IMG/VR virus record: IMGVR_UViG_3300010429_002123
DNA length: 64,000 nt
Strand: one strand, 5' to 3'
From: a virus
Lineage: Duplodnaviria; Caudoviricetes
Position numbers and translations under genes: made by a program. Positions within the stretch are counted from its first letter, which is position 1. Every line of letters begins with the position of its first letter. Positions 62,301 to 64,000 of the stretch are shown in pieces. Under the pieces are notes generated by a model that saw nothing but the letters and a program-made list of their open reading frames with translations, was not told where the DNA came from and did no database searches.

Positions 62301-62915
62301 TTTTTAAAAACTGTCCCGTTAAAACTAAGAAGAAGAAAACAAAGAATAGAAGACTCTATGAGTAAAGGAAGAAGAGTCACAAAAAGCCCTACCAACTATA
62401 TCCCAACGTATTTTACAAAACTTCTTTTTTCTGAACTGAAAAGAAGAAAAATCCGAAAAACGGACATAGTGAGCCTGCTGAAAGAACAAAAAATGTCCTT
62501 TTCATGGGTTAACCACAACAAGGCAGCGGAAAAACAGAGCTTTAGCTTTCTTATTAACTTCTTTCAAATACCGGAGTTAGCAAAAGCCTTAGACTATATC
62601 TGGGCAAAAGTACAAAGCATTGAAAACATGGGGGAACAAAAAGTAGTAGATATGTCAGTGCCTGCTGATAACTCTTTTTTAGCGGGCGAAGCTCTCGTAC
62701 ATAACTGTGAGGGCTTAGATATACCCTCTATAGATACGGTAATCCTCGCCACACCTAAGGGAAGTGTCCAGCAGGCAGTCGGGAGAATAGTCCGGGAAAA
62801 AGCAGATAAAAAAGTATCTAAGGTAGTAGACATGATAGATGAGATAAGTATCTGTAAAGCCCTTTCTTTTAAGAGACTGAAGGAGTATAAAAAGCTAAAG
62901 TATGACATACACTAA
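59388..62915 (+). CDS. SF2 helicase with two inteins
   Basis: GQGK|T, DEEH, TATP.R.D, EGLDIP, QAVGRI.R. Confidence 0.9.
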   Translation: MQVNGYFRLKKDHPLVPEFKKDCVLPNPEYLNNLKMGISTKGLSPTDLLYEQEGDEILFPRGMANRLKGTEDIRDSMSYGKAVNFKERITLRPGQKSFYEKFVKGVTDLYGASAQAGCGQGKCQTLSTPVLTPEGFKTLGNILPGDMVIGRDGKPTRVLQTFRNGEKDCFRVTFSDGSFVDCDDDQLFQLKNSEAPVTLKKIRNSPPEKLEVPLCEPVDLPEKEQVFSPYLLGLLLSGGAFKEGKLYLYDKNEQAKNTAKSALLKTHKLTGLPLGNSRTLIFERLKNVSEELDKLLQDSLSSPEQLKSVGGSSSKIPYNYLFGSKSQRKALLQGALDMGGRGKANVWDFKTQSRTLARGLTFLVSSLGGTCTSFSREKTYHLRIVLPEDFSSPEGCGETPHKKIKTIEPIGKKEVGCLLVDNKDHLYLVTETCTVIHNTVVCLKVIASLQKTALVIVHKTFLVNQWIERIQEFYNIEDKDIGILSGDDIDWADKKISVALVQTLLAKDLPKEFYNYYGTICVDEEHRFGAGTFRTVIWRFPARYRLGVTATPTRNDCQEKVFFTHIGKIVSVMSDSRKQQVDVHMVKTNIPPITNERPFYDFRKKINLTKVVSFLIECESRNLQILNYLVKAAEKGRKILVLSDRRGHLETLSSLLKAYCKANEHKNINISQGYYMGGMKQEDLDISTTKDVIFGTFAMACISEEQDFIDYVTGETQKFKNLVGKSVNCITHSGKITQSGKVISSGKKECFKLTHSFGDVLATADHKVLTEKGWEEVAKLSLQSHLSLPKKLEIEQVIDTPIKTSELWLLGCFIGDGSMSQYKKGVLSFISADEDVLRNVKSILETHNMTLKKVRKYRYRVCGEGKNGKGVKTWLRHQIENLGLGVTARSKEIPQPFLLLPEQKIGSLLAGLFDTDGCVTKRGEILFSSSSQKLVTQIKFLLWRLGIFSTLYPSAENMMFVLSISRNFSEQFLKTVPLKLRRRKQRIEDSMSKGRRVTKSPTNYIPTYFTKLLFSELKRRKIRKTDIVSLLKEQKMSFSWVNHNKAAEKQSFSFLINFFQIPELAKALDYIWAKVQSIENMGEQKVVDMSVPADNSFLAGEALVHNCEGLDIPSIDTVILATPKGSVQQAVGRIVREKADKKVSKVVDMIDEISICKALSFKRLKEYKKLKYDIH
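59754..60701 (+). mobile_element. intein in the helicase P-loop (316 aa)
   Basis: GK|CQTLS...VIHN|T. Confidence 0.88.
61488..62705 (+). mobile_element. LAGLIDADG intein in helicase (406 aa)
   Basis: A|CISEE...FIGDG...FDTDG...LVHN|C. Confidence 0.9.
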
Positions 62916-62965
62916 TCCTGAGGAAACAATCTTGACATGCCACATTAAATATGCTACTATATAAA

Positions 62966-63046
62966 TACGTTCTCTTCTTCGTTCAGGACAGGGGTAACGA
63001 GTAGAGTTCTTTCACTAAAAACGACCTTTCTCCGAGGTCGTTTTTG
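62966..63046 (+). ncRNA. putative ~80-nt small RNA
   Basis: Promoter TTGACA-17-TACTAT (62932-62960), no ORF, terminator AAAAACGACCT..AGGTCGTTTTT. Confidence 0.6.
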
Positions 63047-63059
63047 CATTTTCTCCCAT

Positions 63060-63111
63060 AAAAAGAAGGGAAAAAGAAGGGAAAAAGAAGGGAAAAAGAA
63101 GGGAAAAAGAA
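63060..63111. repeat. 11-bp tandem repeat AAAAAGAAGGG x4.7
   Basis: Seen directly, just upstream of the promoter at 63137. Confidence 0.85.
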
Positions 63112-63136
63112 AGTTAAATAATTTTTACAAAAAGTA

Positions 63137-63165
63137 TTGACAACTATCTTCACCCGTGCTATAAT
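63137..63165 (+). promoter_or_regulatory. strong promoter
   Basis: TTGACA-17-TATAAT. Confidence 0.85.
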
Positions 63166-63258
63166 AATTTTAGTGAAAGAACCAAACAGACGAAAATGCT
63201 ACCACGAAAAAGATTTTCGTTACCACGAACTGTTATCGCAAAAAGGAGGAAAAATAAC

Positions 63259-63579
63259 ATGAAAATGAATATAGACCCAAGAACGAAAGAAAAACTTATG
63301 GAGGAATATTCCTCCATGTCCATAGTAAACATAGAGGGTGAGACTGGAAGCCTCACCTACTCCGTGTCTAATTATAACTCCTGGAATGGAGACAGGTTTA
63401 ATACCTACAGGATAAAGAAAAATCAGGAAGGCCATATCACCTGTGACTGCCCTCACTACGAAAAACGGCTCAGTGTAAGGAATCAGGGCAAAGAAGCAGA
63501 CAGTGCCTATGTTTGTAAGCACGGCGGATATGTCATTATGAGAATGACAGAGATAATAAGAAAAAAGGGAAAAAATTAA
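63259..63579 (+). CDS. SWIM zinc-finger protein
   Basis: CDCPHY...CKH; AGGAGG RBS. Confidence 0.75.
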   Translation: MKMNIDPRTKEKLMEEYSSMSIVNIEGETGSLTYSVSNYNSWNGDRFNTYRIKKNQEGHITCDCPHYEKRLSVRNQGKEADSAYVCKHGGYVIMRMTEIIRKKGKN

Positions 63580-64000
63580 AATAACGCAAAAAAATAAGGT
63601 AGTTCCCAGATTGTGCAATTTGGACTAAGAGGACAAAAGTGCCCAATTACGAGAAGCCCTACAGGTCGTGTTCTCCGCATAGTTTGAAAGGGTCCAAACT
63701 TCCCAAAAACTGAAGAACACGACAGGGCTTGACTCCCAGCGAATTTTGTGGTAGTATAGATTGTATAGCCATTTTCTGCTTATTTTGACACGGCATGCAG
63801 GATAGGTTGATAACTTTAGTAGACTTTTCCGACTTTTGGTAAAAGTAGCCCATTTTTGAAGAGCCAGGACTGGTGGGCGTTTTACGATTTTTGGATTTTT
63901 CAGACCTTGAGTTTGTCATGGAGGGAAACGCACTTTTAGAGAAAGTCAAAAAAGGTGATGTTGACAACTTTAGTCAACTAGAAAAATGGCCTCTCGGAAA

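Noticed and set aside
357-63967. Most minus-strand ORFs in the track
   Set aside because: They shadow + strand genes and lack RBS or recognisable motifs.

Overview
This window is the replication and early-gene region of a large, AT-rich tailed phage (possibly a phage-plasmid). Nearly all genes are on the + strand, behind repeated TTGACA-17-TATAAT-type promoters. Recognisable genes: Thg1-like, two wHTH initiator-like proteins next to iterons, DnaC-like loader, DnaB, primase, Rad52/Sak, RecA, resolvase, Tmk, dUTPase, gp32-like SSB, C5 methyltransferase, family A DNA polymerase and an SF2 helicase. These carry 7 inteins and 2 HNH-containing group I introns. The standout is an enlarged TnpB/Cas12-like RuvC protein (10255-12552, D-E-D triad intact) served by nine dispersed cassettes between 8.9 and 46 kb. 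Each cassette is a conserved, covarying ~135-nt RNA scaffold fused to a mini-array of 30-nt repeats (consensus GTTTCTAAAGAAACATGGTTAGATGGAAAG). No cas1/cas2 or tnpA is in the window. Also noted: a plasmid-like antisense RNA in the initiator leader, orphan small RNAs, and small proteins resembling virion-protein fragments, several sharing an EKAC-type C-terminal motif. All calls come from reading the sequence and remembered motifs; no database searches were run.
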